A stretch of 64,000 nt of DNA. Origin: Paraspadella gotoi (lineage: Eukaryota > Animalia > Chaetognatha). The DNA lies in contig CM119268.1 in NCBI GenBank assembly GCA_051294375.1, positions 9,042,721-9,106,720 on the forward strand. The letters run 5' to 3'. Positions 1 through 13,229 of the stretch are shown here, in pieces (position 1 is the stretch's first letter; each line of letters begins with the position of its first letter). The translations under genes and the position numbers were made by a program. Under the pieces are notes generated by a model, which made no database searches, was not told the origin of the DNA, and worked only from the letters and a program-made list of their open reading frames with translations.

Positions 1-129
1 TTTTTTTTTTGACATCTCTTTCAGTTTGTCTTCGTTCGTCGATTCGAGTTCATCTTAATTCTTAAGCCTTTTTGTCGGATAACGAGAACATCTCTTCCTA
101 TTCCTTTTGACTGCAATTCGATCCTTCTG

Positions 130-143
130 CTCTTCTCGTCTCT

Positions 144-215
<72 letters not shown>

Positions 216-277
216 TTCTTTCACTTCTTATTTCTCTCTCTCACTCTCTTTCTCTCTTTCTCTCATTCTCTCACTTT

Positions 278-309
<32 letters not shown>

Positions 310-400
310 TACTTCTTTTCTCTCTTTCTTTCTCTCTTTCTTTCTCTCTTTCTTTCGTTCTCTCTTTCTTTCTCCCTTTCTTTCTTTCTCTCTCTTTCCC
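130..400. repeat. (CT)n/(CTTT)n microsatellite tract, representative of dozens of such tracts across the window
   Basis: Directly visible; these tracts generate most of the SLSL/ERER ORFs in the track. Confidence 0.97.
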
Positions 401-435
401 TCGCGGAGATGCCAGTGAGTCGGCGCCTGGAGACT

Positions 436-809
436 GAAAATCGAGATACCGTGATTCCGCCGTGACACGAGTCACGAGTCTCGTTCCTGGTGCATGACGC
501 CGGCGCGAAGTTCCTCAGGCGCGTTACGAGCGTGACTACTGCACGCAAGGTGTAACATGTGACAATCGCGTGTCACGTTCACGCTCCCCTGGCATTTGAC
601 AATCGTGACGGTATAATCGAGAAATTGTCACTCAGCGTGTCACGAGCGAGAATATCGCACCACGAGCCGTCACGATTTCCTGAAGCGTGAGGATTTTAAA
701 ACCGATCACGATTCTTTACTATGTCACGTCACAGGCGTGAGACTCGATTTTCCTCGATTTTCCTTTTTCTCCTTCCCAGGTTTCAATTCTTTCATGAGAC
801 GAACTCACG
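436..809. promoter_or_regulatory. Homotypic TCACG/CGTGA motif cluster (enhancer-like, or MITE with subterminal repeats)
   Basis: 14 copies of TCACG/CGTGA in ~360 bp. GAAAATCGAG (436-445) is inverted relative to CTCGATTTTC (743-752 and 753-762). Confidence 0.5.
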
Positions 810-1447
810 TCTGTTCGGAGTTCACTGTTCACTCTTTTATCTTTTTTCTTTTTTTTCATTTTTAGTTGTACTCGTGGAGAACCTTTGTAAGTGACTTTTC
901 GGTCGGTCGGTGTGATTCTGTTTATTGGTCAATCTCACTTATAATTTAAAAGCTTTTAACCCGAAAATAGTTTGAAAAGAAAGTCAAAGCAAAACAATTC
1001 ATGGAATACTGAGTCATTTTAAAAAATAATGAGCTGAAATCATTGTTGTGTAACTTACACTGTAAGCATATATTTTATTTTTATATAGTTACGTAACCAC
1101 GTACAAATGATGAGAGTCCATGCGGGTTTTTTTTAGTAAGACTTGGTTAATTGTTATTTCAGGTAATAATTCCCAGATAGGTGAAAAACCTTGAGATGTT
1201 TGTTGTGCGTCTGATCTATAAAGAATCACTGATGTACTTAGATTTCCAAATCATTACGTGAATATATAAGAAAGTCTTTGCGGCGCAACGCATTAAAACT
1301 TGTGGGTTCTTCTTTCTTTTTGTTTTTATTTTTCGTGAAACCAGAAAATCTCGTCGCGTCACAAAATTCACGTCACTGAGTCGGGAGACCGTGAAAAAAA
1401 TGAACCTGCTTGACCTCGCCACGACTCTTATCTCTCTGTCCTCTGTC

Positions 1448-1500
<53 letters not shown>

Positions 1501-3989
1501 CCTCCTCTCTGCTCATGTCTTTTTCTCTCTCGCTCATTTTTCCTATTTTCTCCATGGGTTATAACTCCGCAGATCGCGCTAAGAAGACCATGGTGTCCGG
1601 GCAACGAGCACTTTTGCTTCCACCATGGCCGGACCACGTCGGGCCGCGCCAATCTTTTCCGTCGCGGACTCGAGGTCGCGCGATTCAGAGGAAAATTATC
1701 TCTTGATCGGGAGCAAATCCGCGGAATCAACAGGATCACGTCCGGAGATTCGTGGTCGCGGACGGAAAATTATTTTTACTTATTTTCTTTAAAATATTAT
1801 ATTAAATTATAAAAAAATGAAATGTAAAACATTGCTTTTTTGTTTTCTTTTGGGTACATTCTTTCATTTTAATTTTCACAATAATTTTTTTTGGAAAAAC
1901 TAACTATATTATAAAATAACTTTTGGAATACAAGCTATTGTCTGAACCTAAAAACTGACGTTTGAAAAAAATTGACAAAGAGAGAGAGAGATGAACTTAA
2001 TTAACAATGTTTGAATGTTTTTTAACATCATGGTTTTTCTTAGTTATCTATTTTGGCGGCAAAAATCAAGATTTTTATGTTAATATAAAAATAGTTAATA
2101 GGCGATTAAGAAATAAAATATTTGTTTTACAAAAAATTATTAAAAAAATTTAAAATAGTGGCACAAATTAATTATTATTAAAAATAATTGAAAACGTTTG
2201 CCTTTGCATCAATTTTAAAGCAAATTAACGAATTAACAGAAACCAGCAAGTCCAACTTGTTGCGGCGCTGTGATTTCTCTTCACAACACTTCCTTTTACT
2301 AATAATGACTTATGAAATTGGTTCAATCAATATAAAAGTTTATCCATTAGACCTCCCCAGTATCAAAAATTGTCTCCCAAGTTCTCACTCGGTTCGGTTC
2401 CCGTTATTTTAAACATTAGATAAGTTTTAACTCAAATCTGGAAAAAAAGTGTGACCGCGTATCAACCCAATGAAGCGTCAAAGTCAATTAGCGCAATTCT
2501 TCGTGTTGTAAAAGTTTTTTCTAAACAAAAATTCTGATTTTCCCCTATTGTTAATTTTTTATTAATAATTTGCTAACAATGAATCAAAAACAAAGTAAGT
2601 ATTTTAAAAAATTTATTTTTTTAAACAGGGCATCTGTATAAACCGGATGTAAGGTAAAAATAACCGAAGTGAGGGAAAAATAACCGGAAGTAGTATTAAA
2701 ATAACCTTTTCTAGAAAAAGATACAATTTTAGACCAAGGTAAATTGAAAGAACTAAAACTAGCATTTGAAAAGCTTATGCCTATAATAGAGAGATACAGT
2801 ACAGTATATATATATATATATATACAATATATATTATGCGTAAGATATAACATAAGAATTTTTGTCGCTACGAAGTATCTTACTTATCAAGTATTTTTAA
2901 CGTCGCTCTCTTATTGTCAGTCCTTAATGACTGTTCCTACCCAAGGTATAAAAGAGACGTCTTACCTAAAACTGTGAGGATAAACTTACCAATGATTCGT
3001 GGACAGTAGGTAAGCATTTAAAATGTTATATTTGAAATTTTATAATTAAGTTTAAAGTTGACTATTTTTTAAAAAGTTTCTATTTTATGTTGAGAAATAG
3101 TCTCCCTTTGACTTGCTACATGATTCATGTCTCACGCCATTTATCTACTACAATAAATATACTTTAGGAAGAACAGTTTTTGTAATTCAAACAAACGATT
3201 TTTATTATTTATTGTTTGAATTTCAAAAATATAATAAGAAACGCAACGAAAAAGGGAAAATTATTACAATGTCTACCATCAAATAAATATTACTAAATTT
3301 ATATTCTTCAAATTTTTATAAATGAAATAGCAGTGAGAATATACTAGCTCGATCATGCGTTACGGGTAAAATCCTAATAGACATGTTTCACTCTGTGGTT
3401 CCGAGAGAGATAGAGGAGAGAAAAATATATATATATATCGGAGCTGTTCCTAGCGTCGATATTATAATGGTTGACAACAAAGAACTAAGAAAATAAAATA
3501 AATTTTTTGAAAACCAAAATGGTGAAAATGAAATTATGGAAATTGTGAATAGTTTGAGTTGCCTCACTCTCTATTTAAAAATGGCGACAAAAAGGATTCA
3601 AAAATTGATTATTACGTTTAAAATGGGTAAGAAGAGGTAAAAGCATTTTGATTTTTTATAAACAAGCTACAAATAAAACAAAATATTGGTTAAAAATATA
3701 AATGGTCCTAAAACCATTTGAAGTTGGAGCAACTGCCGGACAGTAATGTCGAGTTGATGCTGTTTAGATCAGGGATAAATTCTTTGGAGAAAATACTACA
3801 CAAATTCCATTGAGCCCACTTGCACCTGCCAAGAGCCCTCTTCTCACCTTGGGAGTCATCATTGTGGCTTCTTTTGCAACAGGAGTGACGGACTCCTCTT
3901 CCTCTATCTAAAGTATTCTTTTTTGAGGGACGCCCTTTCGTGGAGACGAACTAAGTTTGCTACAGTAGGGTTGACCTTATTTTGGCTTC

Positions 3990-4215
3990 CCTTAACTCTG
4001 TCTCATTTCTTCTACCCCCGTCCACTCTCCATTCTCAGTTCTAGTTGGAAACCGTTATCTCTCTCTTTCTCCCTTTCTCTCTCTCTATCTGTTTTCTCAT
4101 CAAATGTTTGGTAAAATATAATTTTAGTTTTGGCTGATGAAGACTCGCAACCATAGATCCTAAACATGTCTGGTGTTTGAAATCAAAAAATTTGTTGTTT
4201 GTAAACAATAAATTA
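3990..4215 (+). mobile_element. Degenerate Penelope pLTR-like unit with decayed hammerhead core
   Basis: CTGATGA at 4134-4140, then TAAACATGTC at 4161-4170 (GAAA changed to TAAA). Flanks resemble the units at 21212, 31347 and 55250. Confidence 0.55.
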
Positions 4216-4485
4216 TAAAAAACTTTTGTTTCCTAATTTCAAAAACGCAGTGAAAGGAAAAGCCAAAATACAATTATTATTTTTTTTGAAAATTTCCTTA
4301 TTTTATATGAATGTTATTATATTTATTGTATTTTATGATACAGTTCCCAAAAAAACAATATGAGAAAAAATATTTTTTTGTATTCGATAATCATGCTATC
4401 TCACGTCTAAATATCCTTGTTTGTTTACTCAATACAATTCTTTTTGCCCGAGAGCTTCCACTTAATAAAAGACAGTATGGTTCTA

Positions 4486-4571
4486 GCCCGGTGGTCGCCT
4501 AGCAGTTAGAGGGACGGGGCGCTTAAACCCGCCTGTAACATGCGTGTTACAGCCTGATCCAAAGCTAGGGA
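4486..4571 (+). mobile_element. Internally deleted copy of the tRNA-headed, twister-like SINE family
   Basis: CCCGGTGG head joined to GAGGGACGG..TAA..CCGCC, hairpin CTGTAACA/TGTTACAG (4533-4552), then CCTGATCCAAAGCTAGG. Same motif order as the copies at 51879 and 56130. Confidence 0.55.
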
Positions 4572-6176
4572 CTGCTTACATTGAACGTCTTGTCATTAAC
4601 ACTTATCAATAATTACTGTCTCTCTCAACCAGTCTTCTCAGTCATGTTGTCAATTTAAACTTTAATTCCATTATTTTTATTATTAGTTCCAATTATTTAA
4701 TTATTATTATTTACCATCTAGTAAATTAAATCTATTATTCTTATTATTTTCAATTATTTCTAATTATTATTTTTAATGAACAAGAAAAACTAAATTTAAA
4801 AAAATCATTGAATTGGCATTTTTTTCCATCGATGCCCCCTATGCTGCGGCTCCTTGAAGAAGAGAACTAAAACCATATATAATAATAATAACTAATCAAT
4901 TGTTTAGATTATCAACATTAATAAAACTTATAATGAAAAGCTAAACTTATTTGTTGCATTTAAAATTAATTTCATTAAGAATGAACAATGAAAACACTGT
5001 ATAGGCTGAAAACCATTACTTCCCGAGTTAGGCCACGCCCATCATAACAAGATTTTTTAAATTAATAAAACAAAAATAGGAGAAGCAAACTAATTGGTGT
5101 TTTTAAACTGATTATGTGTTGAAAAATCCTTAGGTTATAGCCATATTAAACATCTGTTGTTAAAAATTATTATCATTTTGTGCTATATTTTTTTTGATCA
5201 GTACTTATTCACTTTTGACGCTCTATTGGGTTTATTAGCAAAACATCATTTTGAGCAAACAGGCTCTTTAAAATGAATTTAAGTTAAGAAATAATGGGAA
5301 ACCGAACGAGTGAGAACTTAGTATGAGGTTTTTGAGGCTGGGGAACTCTTATTATACATTCATGTTAATAAATAAGCTATCTTGCCCTGACTTTGGACAG
5401 GCTTTGTGTGATTTAAGGCTTCCATATGTGTTCAATTTATCTAATTATGAATCTTTAATTTTTTATTTAATCACTGCAATAAAAACAAAATATTTTTTTC
5501 TCACTTAAACATTTTAATTGAATTCTCTTTCTTTTAACTCTTACAATTCGATTTACCTAATATATCACATTTTTTGGAAAAAAGTCTAGCAAAGTTTTTA
5601 AACTCTGTCTTTTGTCTGGGAAAGCATTGCCTTTGCACCGAATTGTTTTGAGAGGTCGCTTTATACCGAGAGTGGAGAGTGCGGCAAAGCTGAAAAACAA
5701 AAGCGCCGAGTAGAAACAGTTGTCTGGGAATCACTAAACAATTTCAACAGCCAGTATTTTTTTTTAATCATTTTTAAATCATTTATAATAGAAATTGTAT
5801 TTTTTTTGTTTCAGTTTGAACAAAATATTACATACAAATGATACAAATGAAAAATTAAAAAAAAATAGAAACCATAATTAAGGGAAAGAAGAATAAGTCA
5901 GAAAATTTAAAAAAAAATAAAATAATAAAAGAGAAGAAGAGAGAGTCTGTGACAATATTTTTTTCACTAGTCAATTTGTTTATTTGATTGTCCTTCCTTT
6001 TTTGTTTATTATTTTATTTATCATTTTATTTTTCCTATTTTATATTCTTTTGAGATTTAAAGGAAAGAGAAGAAAAGAACTCGATCCGCGACTTTCAGCT
6101 CTATCGCGGACTCCGATCATTAAAGCCGGATGTCGCAGCAGAGCAGGGAGAAAAGAGAAAGAGAAGAGGAAGAGAA

Positions 6177-6282
6177 TGACCCGTCGGGGTCAGGTTCGGG
6201 TCAGGTCCGCGACCTGCAGCCGCGGACGGAGGAGAACAATAGCCGGCAGCCGGAAAACAATAGAGTGACCGAAATTGGGTCG
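6177..6282. promoter_or_regulatory. Cluster of nuclear-receptor-type half sites (RGGTCR)
   Basis: TGACCC-gtcg-GGGTCA-GGTTCG-GGTCA-GGTCC, plus CGACCT, TGACCG and GGGTCG within ~105 bp of a CpG-rich island. Confidence 0.35.
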
Positions 6283-6325
6283 CGAACTTCAAGTATATGC
6301 CTCATTTTCTCTCTCTCCCAACTTT

Positions 6326-6364
<39 letters not shown>

Positions 6365-6515
6365 ATCAACACACACACACACACACAGACAAACACACAC
6401 ACTTCCATCCTTACCCCCCCTCAAATCTTTCCTCAACTGCTTAAATATTTATCCTTTATTTTCCCCAAATTTTTCTCAACTTTTTCCTGCATCGTAACTC
6501 GGAAACTGGGCCTCT

Positions 6516-6565
<50 letters not shown>

Positions 6566-6950
6566 TCTCTCTCTCTTCTCTCTCTCTCTCTCTCTCCGCT
6601 TCTGCAGGTAAGCTCAAAAAATGAATATTCCCCTTTCGTCGCTTTCGCATCAGAATTGCAAATATTTTTTTTTAAAAATAGCATAATATGCATAATCAAG
6701 GAGATCAAGGAATTCCCTACTCTGCATATATCATTGTGATAATGCGGGCCTCCGCTACCTAAGATCCTTTTTTTTTCGAAAAGAAAAAAATAAGCTTTTT
6801 TCCATTTTTACTTGAGCCTTCAGGTCGAGATATCCCCTTTTTCGTCCTTTTAATCCCTGGCTCGAAAAAAAATGTTCTTCATGAACAGGCACCCGTGGGT
6901 TGCTTTATACGGATGGATTAACTTGAAAGGGCCGCCCTCTCGTTTTATTG

Positions 6951-7010
<60 letters not shown>

Positions 7011-8350
7011 CCTCTCTCTCTCTCTGTTCTTCAGTTTTCTCTAAATTGCAAACGTTTTTCGTACAAAAGAAATAAATGCAGAAAGTTATTACGTTTAATG
7101 AGCAAAATATAAAAATACCGATAAATTTAAAAGTCGCTGATATTTGTAACCATATTAATTAGTTTTAATGAAATTTGAGCCTTATTTCATTAAGAAATGA
7201 ATAAAACGTTAATTATGAAATAAAGTCAATAATAAACAACGACTATTACCTTTTCCAGATTAATTCTCTATTTCTTTTCACCGGCATTTTTCTCCGGCAA
7301 AAATTTATCACGGCGCCGGGAAAAACACTTTTTCCTAGCGTCGACGGAACGAAAAAAAAGTTTCACCGGAAGAAGAAGAAGAAGAAGAAGAAAAAGAAGA
7401 CGATAAATTCTTTTTCTTTTCAAGAAACAAAAAGTCGTTTGCGAAAAACAAACGAGAGGGCGGGAGTGGTGGCGGAGAAGGTGGCGGTAGGGGGGAAAGG
7501 TGGCGTTGGTGGTCGAGGGGTGGTCGAGGGGTGGTGGTCGAGAGGTTGTGAATGGAGAAGGAGTAGATCGGAGGAGATGGAGTGATCCAATTTTGATGAG
7601 GAGGTTTTAATAATTAGGTTTTTGGAAAATGGGAGTGGCAGTGGAGATTTGAACGAGGTGACTCACGCTTGATGGAATTAGATAGAGAGATAGAGTTGGA
7701 TAGAGTAAATATATTAAAATAGAGCAGGATCGAGCGGGATCGAGTAGTCGCTTTTCCAATTTGATGGTGACAGAAATCGATCTCTTTTCCTCGAATAGAC
7801 AAGCATCTTCCATTTTTAAACTTAACGTTAGATATTTTGATGAATTCCACAAGTGATAAAAAAAGAGCAACAGACGAAAGATGAATAGAGGAGATGGAAA
7901 CTGTTGTCACCATCCTTGACTTTTTTTTCGCTTTGCCTCCCAGAGTTCCCTCTGCTCTTCTTTTACCTTCTTTTATTCATATTAACTTAGGACAACCAAG
8001 CGGCCACTTCCTCTGCCTCTTTCCTCTCTCTCTCCCTCTCCCTCTCTCTCTCTCCCTCCCTCTCTCTCTTCCGTTCCGGCTTCGCGAAACCGTGACCCGT
8101 CACCCCCAGCGTCTGAATACAGCGCCGCCGCGCGTCGAAGGGAGAAAATTTCTTTCTTGTAGACGAAATGAAATACGACGTCGTCGCGATCCTCGTCGAC
8201 GTTTTTCGGAGGGGGGGGGGTAAGAGAAAAAATGGAAGGTGCATACATGAATGGAAAAAATGGCGGCCGACGGACAGTTTTAAGCCTCTTTTTTGTAAAG
8301 GGGGGGCAAGCTGTAAAGAGATGACGATGAAGATTTTTTTTGTTTTCTTT

Positions 8351-8438
<88 letters not shown>

Positions 8439-9228
8439 AGATAGTTACATGAAATTATCAAGACCATTTAAGCTTTTTTTTCAAAAAGACTAACCAAGGA
8501 TATTCAAAATTTTGTTTCCATTCATTAAGAAGAATATTTCCCTACCCATTCCCTGCCTTACCTTCCCCCGGTCGAATTTCTCCCTCACCTCGACTGCTGC
8601 TGCGAAAAAAACCCATAAAACTTACCTTCGTTAATTTTCTCCTTTCCCCTTTCCTTTCCTTCCCTCTTGGCCCGGCGGGCCACGTCGAAGGCTTGGGCTT
8701 AAAACTGCCTCGTAATTTGGATTACCCGCTAATCTTTAGTCTTCGTCGCTTCGTTGGGCGCAGACGAAAAAGGGAGCGGGGTCGAAGGGAGGGGGAAAGG
8801 GGATAGAGGTAGGGAGAGGAGAAAGGGGTAGGGACTAAAGATGGGGATAACGATAGGGAGAGAGAAAAGGGACAAAGAGGTGAGGAGGGTAGAAATAGGA
8901 AAGGGGCAGAGAGAGGGTAGAAGTGGTAAAGAAAAATATCGAGGCCAAACTCAATTTCAAGAATCAAGATGTTCTTAAACCGAAACGAAAAGAGAGATAA
9001 ATATACAAGCGCAAAACTACGAGAGGAGCAAAGAAAAACTTACCTTTTCAGTTTTCATTAAATCGTTTTCCTCACCTCCTCTCAGCCCTTTTCCAGTTGT
9101 AAGGAAACTGCTTCGTCTCGAACCAAGTTTGGTGTCGTGCATCGTCGCTGTTATGATAGAAAGAAGCTTTGGTTAACTTCCTCTTCATTTGCATTTGAAG
9201 AACCCGAGAAACTATAAACAAAACCGGA

Positions 9229-9545
9229 GACGACAGAGACGATAGAGACAGAGACGGAGTCAGAGACGATGAAGATGGAGACGACGGAGACAGAGACGAC
9301 AGAGACAGAGACGAAGAAGACGAAGATAACGATGGCGACGGCAACAAAGACGACCTTGAAGATGAAAACGACGACTAATGCGACGACGATGACGACGAAG
9401 ATGATGTCGACAAAGACGACAACAATCAAGACGACGAAGACGAAGACGACGACGACGAAGACGACGACTAATACGACCAAGAAGACGACGAATATGACGA
9501 CGATGACGAAGATGACTATGAAAAGGAAGACAACGATAGAAATTA
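9229..9545. repeat. Degenerate (GAC/GAT/GAA) trinucleotide low-complexity tract
   Basis: The Asp-reading frame contains two TAA stops; similar tracts occur at 11878-12125 and 15490-15775. Confidence 0.85.
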
Positions 9546-10214
9546 TGTTCATTGCTGCGTCGTACATGAATCCATTGGTTCCAGAGACGCGATTCCAGCC
9601 ACAAATGTCGCTAGACAAAAAGAGTCTTTGGGGAAGAGAAATAATATCGAGAGTCGGTGAAGAGATTGGGGGGGGGAAATGGGTAGAGTGAGGATTTTTA
9701 TCACAAGTGAAAGCGAACTGTGAAAGCTTATATGAAATGTTGGAGGGTGGAGAGAGAAGGTGATCTGGAAGATTGTGTCTCGGAACAAGAACTGGAAATT
9801 CGAGAGGCGGAGAAGAGGAAGAAAAGAAAAGTTAAGGAAAAGTAAGGAAGGTGAGGATAAAGAAAAGTGAACGCGTGGATCGATTCCTTTCCTTTCCTCG
9901 TTTGTCGACGGAAATAATCGTTATTTTTAATCGAATCTAATATAACGAGAATTTGTCGCTTTCGCTTCTCTCTCTTCATTCCATTTCCCTCTCTTCCGTC
10001 TCTCTCTCTATCTCTCTCTCTCTCTCTCTCTCCCTCTCATCTCTTCTCCCTCTCTCCTTCTCTCTTCCCTCTCTCTCTGTCCTCTCGTCTCTCTGCTCTC
10101 TCATCTCTCTCTTTCTCTCTCTCTCTCTCAACTTCCTTGCCAACGCCAACCTTAGCCTTACCTTATGATCTTTTATATTAAAGTACATAGCCCACCACGC
10201 ACACAATCCCGCCA

Positions 10215-10400
10215 AATCTCACACACTCAATATCACCATATCTTCAACTTTTTCTCAATATCTACCCTCACATTTCCACAACTCTCTCCGACACTTTCTT
10301 AAATCTCTCCACCACAATTCCCGACATACTTCTACATCTCCCCACTTAATCTTTCCCACACTTCTCTTCCCACACTTCCCATTTCCCCCACATTTCCCTC
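10215..10400. promoter_or_regulatory. Cluster of TTCCCAC-like motifs (Su(H)/CSL-site-like)
   Basis: TTTCCCACAC, CTTCCCACAC, CTCCCAC, TTCCCAT, TTCCCCAC, TTTCCACA and TCTCACAC on one strand; TTCCCACA is the reverse complement of TGTGGGAA. Confidence 0.3.
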
Positions 10401-10503
10401 GCAACCAAAGGATGAAGGAAAGAATTTCTGATTAACTCGTTCTGTGGCTCTCGGATCTCCGCCAGCCTTTCGCGTGCTGTAGTTTTGGCGGCACCTTACA
10501 CAG

Positions 10504-10540
<37 letters not shown>

Positions 10541-10741
10541 TCTTTACTCTTACTTTCCACTTACGCAAACCAGCGCCCATGAGGGGGCGCGCGTTTGCAT
10601 TCGCCATCGCTCTCATCTCTCTCTCGCTCTCATCTCCCACACTCAATCTCATTTGCATAAACGCTTTATCCGCTCTCCAACTTTTTTTTCCGCGCGTGTT
10701 CTCCTCTCTCTCATCTCTCCTCTCCGTCTCTCAATCTCTCT

Positions 10742-10784
<43 letters not shown>

Positions 10785-10929
10785 TCCGTCGTTTCGGTGA
10801 TAAATGGGCAAGCGGTGGAGGCCGATTTCGCCCAGGCGTTGGCGGCAGCGGCGGCGGCAGCGTCGGCCGCAGAGGATCGCGGCGACGCCGGAATCTGTTC
10901 CTCTCGAGACGAAAAACGAAAATAGATGA

Positions 10930-11217
10930 NNNNNNNNNNNNNNNNNNNNNNNNNNNNNNNNNNNNNNNNNNNNNNNNNNNNNNNNNNNNNNNNNNNNNNN
11001 NNNNNNNNNNNNNNNNNNNNNNNNNNNNNNNNNNNNNNNNNNNNNNNNNNNNNNNNNNNNNNNNNNNNNNNNNNNNNNNNNNNNNNNNNNNNNNNNNNNN
11101 NNNNNNNNNNNNNNNNNNNNNNNNNNNNNNNNNNNNNNNNNNNNNNNNNNNNNNNNNNNNNNNNNNNNNNNNNNNNNNNNNNNNNNNNNNNNNNNNNNNN
11201 NNNNNNNNNNNNNNNNN
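10930..11217. other. Assembly gap (others: 15868-16446, 17420-17545, 28283-28344, 43056-43308, 44029-44275, 45246-45270, 59062-59180)
   Basis: N runs. Confidence 1.
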
Positions 11218-11872
11218 AAAAAAAAGAAAGAAGAAAAGTCGAGCGACGATGTTTTCACGATTTTTAACGCGGAAATGGCGGCTTCATTCCAACACGGTTT
11301 ATTGTCCCTTCTTTTCTTTCCTCCTGATATATTTGTAATTTTGTAGTCGACATAAAGTCAACGATCGTCAAAATAGAGACTAAACATTTCACGTACAATT
11401 ATACAATTATTATATTTATAGGAAAACAAAAAAATCGATATTATCTCGACATTCATTGAGATCTATGCTTCTGCGGAAGAGTTTGTACGAAAGATTTCAG
11501 GAGAACGCAGTTTGTTTACAGAAACAGATATATTAATTGGACTTTATTGAAAATCTAGCGTTCCAAATAAAAATGAAATGTATGAATTAGTTTCTTTAAT
11601 TAGTTTCTTTAATAACTCTTCGGACAAAGGAATCTCTCATTGTGAGACTCATATTGAAACCAAAAACCCATCGCCTCGGACATAAGACCGGTTTCATTTA
11701 AACATCATTTTTTTGACAACCAATTATATCCATATATTGGTAATGGTAATGGTAATGGTAATGGTAAGTTGGCTCATAGAAAATGCCTCTTCTCTCAGTG
11801 TCTATTTTAGCCATTGGCCAATTGCCAAGAGCTTATCCTTCCTGGTCTATGTCTTTCCTGCTAACGATTTAT

Positions 11873-11918
<46 letters not shown>

Positions 11919-13185
11919 AACGACTCCGATAAAAAAAGAATACGACGACCACCATGAGGATTTTCTCCTGATTGATGAGCGCTTCGATCAGAGCGACAAT
12001 CACGACTGTAATGGTTGACGCGTGATTATGACGAAGGACGAGATAAAGAGGACGACGACCACGATAACGACGACGACGACGATAACGACGACGACAACGA
12101 TAACGACGACGACAACGTCAACGGCAATGACGTTTGGCACCGAAAGTCATGAATTGTAAATCATTGCGCAGCCAGGCGATTTTTTTTTTTTTGCAAACCA
12201 TAACAGACTGAATACCGATTTAGCGAATTTTCTTCAAAAATAGTCCAAAGGGGGATGTCTCTGTCTCTGTCTGGATCTCGCCGCCGCTCAACGCCGCTCA
12301 ACGCCGCTAAAAACTCAAGCGCGGGTCGATGGGAACCGCGACCTTCAGCAGCTGGGAACCCCGATGGGATCAGTAGGATATGTGGAAGGCCAAGATTTAT
12401 TCTTGCGATGCCACGCTCTCTGCGATTCGGTTGCTTTTAGATGGGTGTTATATCGCAATGTTCAATGTTTATGTCTGCATTTTATTACTATTCAGCATTC
12501 ATGTTAAGAAATGATTTAACCTGGTTGTTTTTATATTCGTTGATTGTTGTTTTATTGTACGTCGGATCAAAGGATGAGTTAGAAAAAAAAAAGAAAAAAA
12601 GGAAAGACCTTGGGAAAGAGAATCGTTGGTAATAAAACAAAGGAAGAGATGGGAGTCAACGGTCGGCAGAGGGATCAGAGAGAGAGAGGAGAGAGAGATA
12701 AGAGAGAGAGAGAGAGAGAGGAAGAGAGGAGAGATATTATATATTATATATATATATAAAGAGATGAAGACTGGAGATTTATAAGATAAAAGTATGAGAA
12801 GAAAAGGAAAATGAGAGAATATCTGAATAAAATATAAAAAGTAGGATAAAGAGAGTAAAAATAGAAAAGGAAGCAAAAGAAAGACGAAAGATATGATAAT
12901 GAAGGAAAAAGAAGAGGGAATTGATAAGACGATAGAGAGTAAAGAAAAGAATAGAGAACAAAAAAAGGAACTTTGGTTAACAAGCTAATGGGCGAAAAAG
13001 GAAAAGAGGAAAGAAAATAAGCAAAGATAAGAAGAGCGGAAAAAAAAAATAGAAAAGAGAGTAAAAAAAAAAAAAAAGAGAAGAAGACTGAGAAAACGGG
13101 AAGACTCCTAAATTCGCGGCAGATTCCCTGAAGAGGCGAACTTAGCGTGTTGCTGCGAAATTCAAGGACAACTTTTTTAGTAAAT

Positions 13186-13194
13186 GCGGCGGCG

Positions 13195-13229
<35 letters not shown>

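Noticed and set aside
9151-9691. Thr-rich (+) and Val-rich (-) ORFs
   Set aside because: Alternative frames of a degenerate (GAC)n tract; the Asp frame has stops.
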